From contig CAYXWP010000001.1 in the NCBI GenBank assembly GCA_964468845.1, positions 6,411 through 70,410 of the forward strand: a DNA stretch of 64,000 nt, written 5' to 3'. A model generated the notes under the pieces. It saw only the letters and a list, made by a program, of their open reading frames with translations. It ran no database searches and had not been told where the DNA came from. The stretch is from an uncultured Candidatus Saccharibacteria bacterium. Lineage in GTDB: Bacteria > Patescibacteriota > Minisyncoccia > Phycocordibacterales > PALSA-1337. Made by a program: the position numbers and the translations under genes. The first letter of the stretch is position 1, and each line of letters starts with the position of its first letter. Shown piece after piece: positions 48,792 through 58,445 of this stretch.

Positions 48792-49208
48792 CTAAATACC
48801 GAAGGTTTCATCAATCTTTTGTTGCATCTCATTAAATGCCTGGTTATAAATATCAGGAATAAATATATCTAAATTCCCCGAGTTCCCTTTTTTTACAAAA
48901 ACCATAGCCACTTTTTTCTGAGCATTATTGCGACCATTATAGGTAGTTGTGTTAGACCCAACCTTACATTTAGTCTCGTAATTTGCATATATTGGCCACG
49001 CATCAAATTGTTTTATGTATGCACCCAAACTTACATTATCAAGAAAAGTTAATGCATTTGTTCCCTTACAGTTTCCAAAATCGCTAGACTCAATATATGT
49101 TTTTATCTTTGATTCAATACCGATAATTGAAGGTCTATTATTTGTAGTAAAATACCTTATCGCAAAGAATGCGCAAACCAAAATAACAATTCCCATTATG
49201 TATTTCAT
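48792..49208 (-). CDS. Hypothetical exported protein
   Basis: Signal/anchor plus 138-aa ORF. Confidence 0.6.
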   Translation of the reverse strand: MKYIMGIVILVCAFFAIRYFTTNNRPSIIGIESKIKTYIESSDFGNCKGTNALTFLDNVSLGAYIKQFDAWPIYANYETKCKVGSNTTTYNGRNNAQKKVAMVFVKKGNSGNLDIFIPDIYNQAFNEMQQKIDETFGI

Positions 49209-49349
49209 GTTATTTATTTTGTTTATTAGTTACTAATGTTAAGTATAATTTAGCATAATAATAGCATAATTTGAATATCAATAAAAAGAAAACCCACCTT
49301 GCGGAGGGTCGTGTGCAACAAACGAATGGCGAAAGCAAACTGCTGGGGG

Positions 49350-49685
49350 TTAATTAAGAACAGCTGAATCAACCCGAGCAATCTCTCTCCAGTAAAATGC
49401 TGGGAATACCCATCCACGCCTTGGAATTGAATAGAATGGTTTACGTTCTTGAAGTAGATAGTTGATCGCGCTTTCAAAATTGCCAGGTGCAAGTGGATCT
49501 TGAATCCAAAAACGAGGGTTGCTTCTTGCTGAAAGTAATGTAACAGTCGGAATACCGACATCAATATTTTCAGCAATTTCTCCAAAAAGAATACACGGCT
49601 CTCCATCCCCCAATGGAACACAGAGAATTGTGCAATTACTCGCAGCACATCGATGAGCCTCGATAATTTTAGTGAGATCAATCAT
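49350..49685 (-). CDS. Hypothetical protein (single-gene unit)
   Basis: 111-aa ORF; ACCC/GGGT hairpin with T-tract at about 49283-49309. Confidence 0.55.
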   Translation of the reverse strand: MIDLTKIIEAHRCAASNCTILCVPLGDGEPCILFGEIAENIDVGIPTVTLLSARSNPRFWIQDPLAPGNFESAINYLLQERKPFYSIPRRGWVFPAFYWREIARVDSAVLN

Positions 49686-49861
49686 GAAAAAATGGGTTAG
49701 ATTGTTTCTCCATCCAGAATCAATCTACTAGATAGGTACTGATTAGTCAATTTTTTGTACGCGTCCATAACATGTGACGCAGGTTGTCCTATTGAAAAAC
49801 ACTGCAAAAGTCAAATGTGACTAAAAATTGGTCAACTTTTCAAAACTAGCATTCTGGACAA

Positions 49862-50326
49862 TCAACTCCAGAGCCCATTTTTTAATTCCTCCCTAATTTC
49901 CATCCAAATTTTCCCGATGTGATTTAAGCCCTCACCATCTATCCCATCATCCCAAAAGCCATCACCTGGTGGATAAGTCACGATATGCTTCACAATTTTT
50001 ACATCTCCAGAATTAATTAATGCTTTTATCACCTCTTCATGTTGCACGGCCTTAAGTTTCATAAGCTTCTTCATTACTAGGAGTTTATATTCTTCACTTT
50101 TAAATTCTGGAATTTGCAAATGCTTATATTTTGTAGAAACCTCCCAAGCCTTCACTGGGCTATGTGCATTAATAATTTCACTCCTTATTTTCTGATCCGT
50201 ATACCTTTGACATTGATATGCATGCTCTACAGTAGGATAAACAACGCCATCAATCTCTATCGCATGCGCCGTGTATGGTGAAAAATATATGTAAAATATT
50301 TCTAAAGGTAAAATTTCATTTTTCAT
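49862..50326 (-). CDS. NADAR (YbiA/RibX) family protein
   Basis: YPTVEHAYQ, K..QH, DGFW..G..GEG.N..GKI.MEIR. Confidence 0.88.
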   Translation of the reverse strand: MKNEILPLEIFYIYFSPYTAHAIEIDGVVYPTVEHAYQCQRYTDQKIRSEIINAHSPVKAWEVSTKYKHLQIPEFKSEEYKLLVMKKLMKLKAVQHEEVIKALINSGDVKIVKHIVTYPPGDGFWDDGIDGEGLNHIGKIWMEIREELKNGLWS

Positions 50327-50333
50327 AAATTTC

Positions 50334-51239
50334 TTACAAATTTTTTAAGCCATTTATAAAATCACAAACCTCCTGCGCCAACGCATCTTCATCACCAAAA
50401 TATCCATGATTCGCATCACCAAGGATTTTTGTTTCAACTCTTGAACTATTAGTAGCCGCATTTTTTATTCTACTCATCACTTCCTCCACCGGCACGACGA
50501 TAGCATCATCCTTCCTCCCCATAATTACAAAAAGTGGTTGTGTAATTTTACTTAAAACCTCCAACTTATCCTCAGGCTTATATAAATTAAAAATTCCTGT
50601 CTTAGACTTTTCGCCAAAAAGACTTAAATATGTTGAGGCACTTAGTAGATAATCATTCCAAAGTAATTTTGAAAGCAATTCACTCCCTCTACCACTCTCA
50701 GCTTTTTCATTTGCTTCTTTAATAAATTCCTCAAACCCCTCACCTTCATCGCGAGCCAATCCGTGCATATCAGCAGGCGATAACAACAAAATTGAATTAA
50801 TTCTTTTGTCATTTGCCTCAGTGATATAGAATACAATTTTTGATGTGCCTAAACTGTGCCCAGAAAGATTAATTTTATTGAAACCTTGGCCCGCCACAAA
50901 GTCCATCGCGGCACCGATATCAAAAATGCAATCCTCAAACTTTTCATAAGTGCTTCCAATCCGAACAAAACTCTTTTTGCTATCTTTTTTGCTATCTATC
51001 GTTTTAGTTAAATCTTTAATTGCCTCACATCCCCTATTATTAAATACAAAAAGGGCAACACCTTCACTAGTAAGTTTTTTTGCAATTGAATCTACGAACG
51101 GGTTTTCATAAAAATTTCCACCCATTCCGTGAACGTGCACTAGAATTTCTTTTGAGTCACTAACACCGTCAGGCTCATAAAGCAAACCTACTAGTTCCAA
51201 GCCGTCTTTTGTAATGATGCGATGTAAGGTAGTTTTCAT
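50334..51239 (-). CDS. Alpha/beta hydrolase (DUF1749-like)
   Basis: HVHGMGGNF, GHSLG nucleophile, D and H of the catalytic triad. Confidence 0.88.
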   Translation of the reverse strand: MKTTLHRIITKDGLELVGLLYEPDGVSDSKEILVHVHGMGGNFYENPFVDSIAKKLTSEGVALFVFNNRGCEAIKDLTKTIDSKKDSKKSFVRIGSTYEKFEDCIFDIGAAMDFVAGQGFNKINLSGHSLGTSKIVFYITEANDKRINSILLLSPADMHGLARDEGEGFEEFIKEANEKAESGRGSELLSKLLWNDYLLSASTYLSLFGEKSKTGIFNLYKPEDKLEVLSKITQPLFVIMGRKDDAIVVPVEEVMSRIKNAATNSSRVETKILGDANHGYFGDEDALAQEVCDFINGLKNL

Positions 51240-51263
51240 AAAAGTATTATATATAATAACAAA

Positions 51264-51593
51264 TTACTCCACATCTACCCAAGCTTGCGCTTCATAGTTA
51301 TATGATGACAACAAATCACTACTGCAAGGCATATCATTTTCATAGTGAATAGCGTGAATTTCAGTTGCACTAGTAGAATTTCCATCGGGATAGTTTCCTT
51401 TTCTTAAATACAAATACTCTGTAAAACTACCTGGTTTATCACCCTCAAGTTTTGTTTCCAAACGATAAAGACCTTTGTCATCTGATTTTTCACTGGTTAT
51501 GACCATATTTTCCGCAAAACGTGAAATTATCTCTAGAACAATTTCTTTTGTTGGTATCCATTCTATAGTTGTTTCAAATCGGCTATTTTCCAT
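51264..51593 (-). CDS. Hypothetical protein
   Basis: 109-aa ORF in co-directional run. Confidence 0.65.
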   Translation of the reverse strand: MENSRFETTIEWIPTKEIVLEIISRFAENMVITSEKSDDKGLYRLETKLEGDKPGSFTEYLYLRKGNYPDGNSTSATEIHAIHYENDMPCSSDLLSSYNYEAQAWVDVE

Positions 51594-51598
51594 AATAT

Positions 51599-52129
51599 CT
51601 ATTTTAATAAATCATCTGGCGTTGATAAATCATAACCCAATTCCTTTGCTCTAAGCGCAGATTTTTTCAAAAAATAGACCCAATGATCGTAATCCTTGTT
51701 CTCATTATGTGCTATCCAACTAGAAAGAATGTCCTCTGCACTTACCCAATCGAGTGTAAACCTTTCGTGATCCTCTAGTTTGGTATCCACTAGTTTTCTA
51801 CTTTTTAATATTACAAGAAAACATGTAGCCATTGCTGACCTGTTTACATTCTTTAAAACATTATGAAAATGTGTAAACACTTTAGCAATTTTCTCAACGC
51901 ACAGAAAATCATACAGGCCACTTTCTTCAACAACTTCTCTCAAAACGCCCTCCTGAATATCTTCTTTATCGCTAACCCCACCAGAAAAAAGTATGTACCT
52001 ACCCCTTTTTATTTGATCACCAACTGCATACTTTTGTGTTTCTGGATCAAAGACAACAGCACATCCGCCATCGCGACGCTCCTCATTTTCTCGCTTAATT
52101 CCAAATTCTAGAATGCCATCTAAAGTCAT
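51599..52129 (-). CDS. NUDIX hydrolase
   Basis: GGV..KED.QEGVLREVVEESGL; TATAAT 6 nt before ATG 52129. Confidence 0.85.
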   Translation of the reverse strand: MTLDGILEFGIKRENEERRDGGCAVVFDPETQKYAVGDQIKRGRYILFSGGVSDKEDIQEGVLREVVEESGLYDFLCVEKIAKVFTHFHNVLKNVNRSAMATCFLVILKSRKLVDTKLEDHERFTLDWVSAEDILSSWIAHNENKDYDHWVYFLKKSALRAKELGYDLSTPDDLLK

Positions 52130-52166
52130 GTAGCTATTATACACTCATCAATGTTGTTTGTAATGC

Positions 52167-52586
52167 TCATCCCCTATACCCCTCCGCGTATATCTTAAAA
52201 TTATTCAAAATCGCTTGCCAGCCCACCCGTTGCTTATCCTCAGGATTAATATTTTCCAATTCAAAATTTTCTACAATTCGTATACCTGTATTTAATTGAT
52301 AAAAAAATACCGAAACTTTTCTATTATCATCTAAAATATATGCTATTACTTTATTTATCTCAACAATACTGTAAGTGCCAGAAAAATCAAAAGAATCTGA
52401 TTTATCCTTTGCAGACATAGTAAAAACAAAACGTCCCCCAGCTTTGAGGTCATTCTCGGCATTTGGACATTCCCAATCATACGATGCATGCAACCATTTC
52501 ATAACATGCTCTGGTTTGGTCCATAAATCCCAAACCAGCGACAATTCTCTATTTACTGTCGTCTCAACGTTTATAGATTTAAACAT
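52167..52586 (-). CDS. SRPBCC/AHSA1 family protein
   Basis: VW..WT.PEHV.KW, DLK.GGRF...M, Q..GWQAIL.NFK. Confidence 0.9.
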   Translation of the reverse strand: MFKSINVETTVNRELSLVWDLWTKPEHVMKWLHASYDWECPNAENDLKAGGRFVFTMSAKDKSDSFDFSGTYSIVEINKVIAYILDDNRKVSVFFYQLNTGIRIVENFELENINPEDKQRVGWQAILNNFKIYAEGYRG

Positions 52587-52728
52587 TTGAATTACCCCTT
52601 ATCACCCTAATCAAGATCATGATAATAGCAACTACCAACAAAACATGAATAAAACCTCCTATAGTGTAGGAAGTAATCAAGCCCAGCAACCAAAGAATTA
52701 CCAAAATGATAGCTATTGATGTTAGCAT
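52579..52728 (-). CDS. lmo0937-family small membrane protein (49 aa; absent from ORF track)
   Basis: Hand translation MLTSIAIILVILWLLGLITSYTIGGFIHVLLVVAIIMILIRVIRGNSNV. Confidence 0.85.
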   Translation of the reverse strand: MLTSIAIILVILWLLGLITSYTIGGFIHVLLVVAIIMILIRVIRGNSNV

Positions 52729-52769
52729 GTTTGTATATATATTATATTTATTCTAATAATAGGCGCCAG

Positions 52770-52802
52770 TTATAGTACGAAGCTGGAGGGGTTTTTGTTA
52801 CG
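52770..52802 (-). promoter_or_regulatory. Candidate ECF-sigma promoter
   Basis: Minus strand GTAAC-N17-CGTACTATAA; -10 region resembles CGTAGTATAA at 45945. Confidence 0.4.
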
Positions 52803-52916
52803 GGGGGGATATGTAAAAGGGTTATTTATAGGATTCATCATTACATCATAAAATGAATTCTAAAATAAAATCCCCACCACGTTGAACCGTAGTGAGGAGA
52901 TGAAACAACCGCAACT

Positions 52917-54221
52917 TCAATCAATCGCGCCCGAAATGGAATTGGTCGCCTTATCGCCAATATCATGTCGCATCTGCTTGCCATTGAAATGGATTTCGTT
53001 GGCAGCAGCATAAGCACGTTTCTTAGCTATATGAAGATTTTCTCCCCAAGCAGTGACTCCTAGGACTCGTCCCCCATTGGTACCAAACATCTGGCCCATG
53101 CGCTTAGTCCCAGCATGAAAGATTTTGACATTGTCCATTTTGGATACTCGATCGAGCCCCCAAATCAACTGATCGTTACTTTGCCCTTTCGGATACCCCT
53201 TTGAGGCAAGCACGATGCAGACCGAGGCACCCGGAAACCAGTCCAATTTAACATGGCTGGAACCGCCGTCCGACGAGCATGCATATAGAACTTCAAACAG
53301 ATCGGAGCCAAGCCTGGACAGATATGCTTGAGCTTCCGGATCACCAAAGCGGGCATTAAATTCGAGAACCTTCAAACCCTTGTCCGTGAGCATAACCCCT
53401 GGATAGAGTAAACCTCGATAATCGATACCTTCTGTTACGCATCCATCATGCCAGTGTGCAATTATATCCTCATTGATTTTCTTGAGTAGCCCATTGTGAA
53501 CAAATGGCGTGGGAAAATATGCACCCATACCGCCTGTCATGGGACCTTGATCACCATCAAGAAAATGCTTATGATCTTGAGAAGTCGGAAATAGATACAC
53601 GTTCCTCGCGTTGCAAAGAATGTGAAGTGAGATCTCTGTTCCAACAAGCCGTTCCTGTATAAGAATTGGAGAGTCCGGCTTATTCGCAAACTTAGCATCA
53701 ATCATCTCAATGGCCTCCTCAATGAAATCTGGTAAACTCACACCCTTGCCCCTACATAATCCATCAGATTTAATGACACATCGCCCACCAAGTTTTTCAA
53801 CGTAATGTTTTGCAGGTTCTGGGTCGCTAAACACTTCCCCATTTGGCGATGGAATACCATAACGCTTCATGAAGTTGTGAGAATAAACCTTGGATGACTC
53901 AAGTTGTGCAGCCTTCTGATTTGGTCCGAATATGGCAAACTTTTTCCTTGCAAAGAGATCCGCAATACCGATTGCAAGCGGATCGTCAGGACCGACAACA
54001 GTCAGTGTTGGTTTCTTCTCACAAGCAAAGCTAAAAAGTCGTGGCAAATCTGTGACCTTAATACCAACGCATTGCACGGAATTGCCGTTCTTCAGTCGCT
54101 CTTGTGCTATACCAGGATTACCTGGAGCACACCACAGTTCCGTAACTTGTGGTGATTGTGCCAATGACCACACTAACGCATGTTCCCTACCACCTCCGCC
54201 AATAACCAGTACAGTGCTCAT
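52917..54221 (-). CDS. purD: Phosphoribosylamine--glycine ligase (copy 1)
   Basis: VLVIGGGGREHAL, APGN, LESSK, QDHK..DGD.GP.TGGMGAY, EFNARFGDPE, FHAGT, GGRVL; start at ATG 54221 with AAAGGA SD. Confidence 0.95.
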   Translation of the reverse strand: MSTVLVIGGGGREHALVWSLAQSPQVTELWCAPGNPGIAQERLKNGNSVQCVGIKVTDLPRLFSFACEKKPTLTVVGPDDPLAIGIADLFARKKFAIFGPNQKAAQLESSKVYSHNFMKRYGIPSPNGEVFSDPEPAKHYVEKLGGRCVIKSDGLCRGKGVSLPDFIEEAIEMIDAKFANKPDSPILIQERLVGTEISLHILCNARNVYLFPTSQDHKHFLDGDQGPMTGGMGAYFPTPFVHNGLLKKINEDIIAHWHDGCVTEGIDYRGLLYPGVMLTDKGLKVLEFNARFGDPEAQAYLSRLGSDLFEVLYACSSDGGSSHVKLDWFPGASVCIVLASKGYPKGQSNDQLIWGLDRVSKMDNVKIFHAGTKRMGQMFGTNGGRVLGVTAWGENLHIAKKRAYAAANEIHFNGKQMRHDIGDKATNSISGAID

Positions 54222-54295
54222 AATTTTATTTCCTTTCGAAGAACATTCACCATTGACTATACTGATTTTTAGCAAAAAAACAACCGATAGAAAAC

Positions 54296-54844
54296 TTACT
54301 CCACCAATGTAATCCTTGGCCACCTTTCCTTCCACTTCTTTTTTTCCATCCTTTCTTTGATTACATCTATCCTATCTTTAAAAACTGGACTCGGTCTTAC
54401 AATAAAATTTACAAGGTCACTTATCCCATGTGGGGCAACTAAGACCAAGTTGCCATTTTTATCCATGCTCACACCTACCGCAGTAGCTGTCTCTGGCCAC
54501 TTTGAAATTGCATCTTCAGTTGATGTATATGGAGATAAACCATTCCACTTATTTGCATAGAATTCGTTTACAACTTCCCATTCAATTCCAGTCTCCTCTT
54601 GAAGCTTGGTAGACAATTTTTTATCCGCCTCCTCGTCATTACCGTTTGGATCAAAATATACCAAATCGATGTCAGTAATATCGGCAGTTGTATTCTCAAT
54701 CCCTGACAAATGATTCCATATTTTACTTCTCACAAAGCCAGCACCGATAACCCAATCGGGTAAATTTAGTGTAGAAGCAATTGTAATAATTTTCATCATC
54801 CATTCGTCTTGTTTTATTAAATTGTGTATGTCTTGTTCGGTCAT
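54296..54844 (-). CDS. Nucleotidyltransferase family protein (DUF925/NTP_transf_6)
   Basis: W.IGAGFVR.KIW, DIDLVYFD, WEV.N, WPETATAVGV, APHG. Confidence 0.88.
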   Translation of the reverse strand: MTEQDIHNLIKQDEWMMKIITIASTLNLPDWVIGAGFVRSKIWNHLSGIENTTADITDIDLVYFDPNGNDEEADKKLSTKLQEETGIEWEVVNEFYANKWNGLSPYTSTEDAISKWPETATAVGVSMDKNGNLVLVAPHGISDLVNFIVRPSPVFKDRIDVIKERMEKKKWKERWPRITLVE

Positions 54845-54984
54845 AAATATACGCTTTCTATTATATCAAACCTATAAATTTAATCCTTGCATTTTCTACA
54901 TCAAAATGTAACATTACTTTTAGACACCTTGAGTGAGGTGTGCATTAGCAAAAATACGAAAAAACTAACCAAAAAGGAGGAGCT

Positions 54985-56475
54985 ATGGCTCACATCCCTC
55001 AGTCAGTACTTGAAAAACAAGCAGTTATCGAAGGCCTCAGTCTGCGTGGTCGTGGAAAAGTTCGCGAATCGTATGACCTGCTCGGGCATCCAAACGAAAT
55101 GCTAGTGGTGGCATCAAACCGCTGTAGCATCTTCGATTTTGTTTTACCAGCCTTGGTCCGCCTTAAAGGAGAAATCCTGACGGCGATGAACCACTTTTGG
55201 GTGACGAATGTCATCGGTGAAATCTTTGAAACCGACCTCGTCGCCTGCGGATCCGGCGTGGATCTGTTTCTGCCAGAGGGTCTGCGTGGTAATGCGGAAC
55301 TTCAGAAGCAAGCCACGGTGGTGAGAATTCTCCCCGCTCCAGACGTTGAGGACGTCGTACGTTTTATCCTCACTGGAGGTGGTTGGGAAAGCTACAAGGC
55401 AACGCAAAGCATCTGTGGGCATCGCTTTCCGAATGGCCTCAGTGATGGAAGCAGGCTTCCATTTCCAGTTTACACCCCAACAACGAAAGCGGCCGTCGGT
55501 CATGATGAACACATCACTGCCGACAGTGTCGCCGAACGTTATGGTGTAAAACGCGAAAGGATGTCTCTGCAGGTAGCTGGGCTTATCGCAAGTTACGCTG
55601 CCAGTCGTGGAATTATTCTCGCAGACACCAAGTTTGAGTTCAGTCTGAGCAATGGGAAGTTGATTTTGGCGGATGAAAAAGGAACCCCGGACTCGAGCCG
55701 ATTCGTCGACAAGGCGACCTGGGAAAAACTCGCGTCAAAGGGCAAGTTTCCGCCCTCACTCGACAAACAATACATTCGTGATTGGGGCATCAAAGCAGGG
55801 GTCAAAATACGAGATCCCCGTAAAGCTGAGGATCTAGCCTTTGTTGACTCGCTTGAAGTGCCGGAACGAGTCACAGATATGACCACCAGCATTTACCGCT
55901 ATGTCTTCTGGAGGCTGACCGGCAAGCAAATCGAGTATTATCAGCGTGACATCTTGGGAATCGCCATGCAGACACCCACACGACGCAAGATCCATGTCGT
56001 GGTCGGAAGCGAAAGCGACTTACCGCAAATTGTCAGGGGGGTTGATTCCATGCGAGTTGTTGCTGACGTGGGTGTAAGCGCCATCAGTTGTCATCGCAAC
56101 CCGGATGAACTGCGACGTTTCGTTCGTGATGAACTAACCACGACTGATGTAGTCATCGCCGGCGCTGGGAAAGCTGCAGCATTACCTGGAATTATCAAGA
56201 GCTACTTGTGCGAACTCGGCAGCCATGTGCCAGTCATTGGTGTTGCCCTTGATTCTGAAAACAGGAAGGACAATGATGCAGCAATATATTCGATTGAATG
56301 CTTGCCAGGGCAACCTGTCGAACTTGATGCCGACGGCAATGCCTATTTCGGCCCAATCGGTTTCATGAAGGCTTGTAGTGCCGCTTCGTGGGATGAGTTC
56401 CTCCCGAAGGCAGTCGAACACAAACCTGCGAAAATCCATATCGAGGGGCAACTTGGGCGGTCTTATCCCCACTAA
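54985..56475 (+). CDS. purC: SAICAR synthetase (PurC) fused to a C-terminal PurE-like domain
   Basis: RGKVRE.Y, S.FD, KG.IL, TPTTKA..GHDE, ILADTKFEF, TPDSSRF, DKQYIRDW; then VVGSESD, SCHRNP, IAGAGKAAALPG, PVIGV. Confidence 0.92.
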   Translation: MAHIPQSVLEKQAVIEGLSLRGRGKVRESYDLLGHPNEMLVVASNRCSIFDFVLPALVRLKGEILTAMNHFWVTNVIGEIFETDLVACGSGVDLFLPEGLRGNAELQKQATVVRILPAPDVEDVVRFILTGGGWESYKATQSICGHRFPNGLSDGSRLPFPVYTPTTKAAVGHDEHITADSVAERYGVKRERMSLQVAGLIASYAASRGIILADTKFEFSLSNGKLILADEKGTPDSSRFVDKATWEKLASKGKFPPSLDKQYIRDWGIKAGVKIRDPRKAEDLAFVDSLEVPERVTDMTTSIYRYVFWRLTGKQIEYYQRDILGIAMQTPTRRKIHVVVGSESDLPQIVRGVDSMRVVADVGVSAISCHRNPDELRRFVRDELTTTDVVIAGAGKAAALPGIIKSYLCELGSHVPVIGVALDSENRKDNDAAIYSIECLPGQPVELDADGNAYFGPIGFMKACSAASWDEFLPKAVEHKPAKIHIEGQLGRSYPH

Positions 56476-56515
56476 GAACCAGAACCGTTCCTGATACTAA
56501 TCACTTGCAACAATC

Positions 56516-56548
56516 CAGCGTATGAAAATACGCTGGTATTTTATTTTC
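56516..56548 (+). terminator. Intrinsic terminator
   Basis: CCAGCGTAT-gaaa-ATACGCTGG then TATTTTATTTT. Confidence 0.75.
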
Positions 56549-56638
56549 ATAATAAATTTACTCCCATTAAATTTGCCAAAATTAATAATTCATGATATTT
56601 TGCTAAGCAGTCTGAACCTTACCAACCAAGGCACCACT

Positions 56639-57205
56639 ATGTTTATCGAATCCATCGACCGCTGGCTACTTACTAACGTTTTTCAGAAGTTCTCCAACTG
56701 GTTTCAAAGACTTACTGGCAAAGACAACTTCTTTCTTGCTAATGTCTGCATATTCATGGAACTGACTTGCAGCATAATCCGATCGATTTATATAAAGAAA
56801 GATGTTCGCTTCATTGTGATCACTTCTGATTTCGTGTTCGCTATTATATTTTTTTTCACGGTGAAGCTAATAAGAATGCGTCATAAACAAATGTCCATTA
56901 AGTCAATGGGAATGAACCCTTTGGCGATAAGCCCAGGAAGTATTTTGATGAGAGTGATTGGTGTAGTTATAGTATTTACTGGGATCATCAAATTCTTTGT
57001 GGATTTGAAAATGCATGGAGGTATTCCAACAGATACTCTGATCAAGTTTGTGTTTGAACAGGCTGGATCAGGATTTATGGTATCAGCCTTCTATCTGATA
57101 GCTTGCACTCCACTACCACCTCAGAAAGGTAAGATCAGCGAGTGGCTAACTAACTTAGGGGAATCCCTCGCGAACAGAATGTCCCCAGTGCCAGAGCCGG
57201 TGTGA
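56639..57205 (+). CDS. Hypothetical multi-TM membrane protein (single-gene unit)
   Basis: Start at ATG 56639 since the longer ORF runs through a terminator; four hydrophobic segments; terminator about 57231-57270. Confidence 0.65.
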   Translation: MFIESIDRWLLTNVFQKFSNWFQRLTGKDNFFLANVCIFMELTCSIIRSIYIKKDVRFIVITSDFVFAIIFFFTVKLIRMRHKQMSIKSMGMNPLAISPGSILMRVIGVVIVFTGIIKFFVDLKMHGGIPTDTLIKFVFEQAGSGFMVSAFYLIACTPLPPQKGKISEWLTNLGESLANRMSPVPEPV

Positions 57206-57291
57206 GGTGATCGAAGCACAGCGTGCCAGAGCCATCGTCAGGGAGAAATTCCTCACGATGGTTTTATTTTTTATTTATCTTAAATTAATTG

Positions 57292-57447
57292 TCATTTAGT
57301 CTCCCTTCTCGTCTTCCAAATTATAGGAAACATCGGAACGATACATAGATACCACGTAGTTACTCTGATCAGTTTTGAAGTGGTTTCTATTTCAGTTTTC
57401 CAATATAGACCTATCCACAAATCTTGTCTTACAAATTTTATTTTCAT
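57292..57447 (-). CDS. Small hypothetical protein (51 aa; absent from ORF track)
   Basis: Hand translation MKIKFVRQDLWIGLYWKTEIETTSKLIRVTTWYLCIVPMFPIIWKTRRETK, 2 nt after csaA stop. Confidence 0.55.
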   Translation of the reverse strand: MKIKFVRQDLWIGLYWKTEIETTSKLIRVTTWYLCIVPMFPIIWKTRRETK

Positions 57448-57449
57448 AC

Positions 57450-57785
57450 TTAAAATAAGTTTCCACCAATAACTGATATAGCCTTATCAGGCGTGATTAA
57501 TACAACATTACCATCTTTATCAGGAACTCCAAGTGTCAAAACTTCTGATTCAAAAAGTCCAATTTTTCGAGAAGGAAAATTAACAACACCCAAAACCAAC
57601 TTGCCAATAAGTTCTTCCTTTTTATAGAGTGCGACAATTTGCGCAGAGGAGTTTTTAACACCAATCTCAACACCAAAATCTATCCTAAGTTTATATGCCG
57701 GTTTCTTTGCTTCAGGAAAATCATTCACTTCAATTATTTTCCCCACCCGAATATCTATTTTTTTGAAATCTTCAATGGTTGCCAT
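57450..57785 (-). CDS. csaA: tRNA-binding protein/chaperone CsaA
   Basis: DF.KIDIRVG.I, PEAKKPAYKL.IDFG, SSAQI, VVNFP..IG.F.SEVLTLG. Confidence 0.92.
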   Translation of the reverse strand: MATIEDFKKIDIRVGKIIEVNDFPEAKKPAYKLRIDFGVEIGVKNSSAQIVALYKKEELIGKLVLGVVNFPSRKIGLFESEVLTLGVPDKDGNVVLITPDKAISVIGGNLF

Positions 57786-57790
57786 GTTAT

Positions 57791-58444
57791 TTAATTAAGT
57801 ATTATATATTTACCTTCACTAATTACATCGACCATGCCATCAACAATTTTTAGCGCTGACTGATCATCAAGAGCATAAATCTTCTTAGGTAGTGTCTTAG
57901 CGACCTCTCTAATCGTGTCCTCCATACGTATTGGGTAAAATGGAGAATTAAGGTGGGGTAAAAAGTAAAAATCAACATAATTCAATCCATCCATAGGCTT
58001 CTCCCCTATATCATCTCCATAAATTATTTGTGACAATCTCAAAGCAAGATCTGGATTAGTCACCATACTGCCTGCACTTGACCCTACATATACTTTTGTC
58101 TTAATAAACTCAGGGAGAATATTGATAAGTCCAGATTTATTTATCCACCTCATTAAGTGATAGGTATTACCACCTTCAAAATACAAAATATCCGCTTCTT
58201 CCAACTGTGGTCTCCAAATACTTTCTGAAACCGCAGAAATATCCACAATATTTACTGATTTAAAATTTTGTTTATAAATATTATTAAGGTCTTTTATAAA
58301 CCATTCTTTGTTACCCATTTCAACATTTGAAGCTGTCGGAATAAAAGCAATTATTGTATCATTGAGTTCTTTCCCAACTAAGTCAAAAAGTGCTTTTGAA
58401 ATTGACTTGTTTGTAAGCCCTGATGAGGTTAGAAGAAATTTCAT
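57791..58444 (-). CDS. Peptidase S51 (dipeptidase E) family
   Basis: LLTSSG, FIPTA, GGNT, YVGSSAGS, PH. Confidence 0.9.
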   Translation of the reverse strand: MKFLLTSSGLTNKSISKALFDLVGKELNDTIIAFIPTASNVEMGNKEWFIKDLNNIYKQNFKSVNIVDISAVSESIWRPQLEEADILYFEGGNTYHLMRWINKSGLINILPEFIKTKVYVGSSAGSMVTNPDLALRLSQIIYGDDIGEKPMDGLNYVDFYFLPHLNSPFYPIRMEDTIREVAKTLPKKIYALDDQSALKIVDGMVDVISEGKYIILN

Positions 58445-58445
58445 A

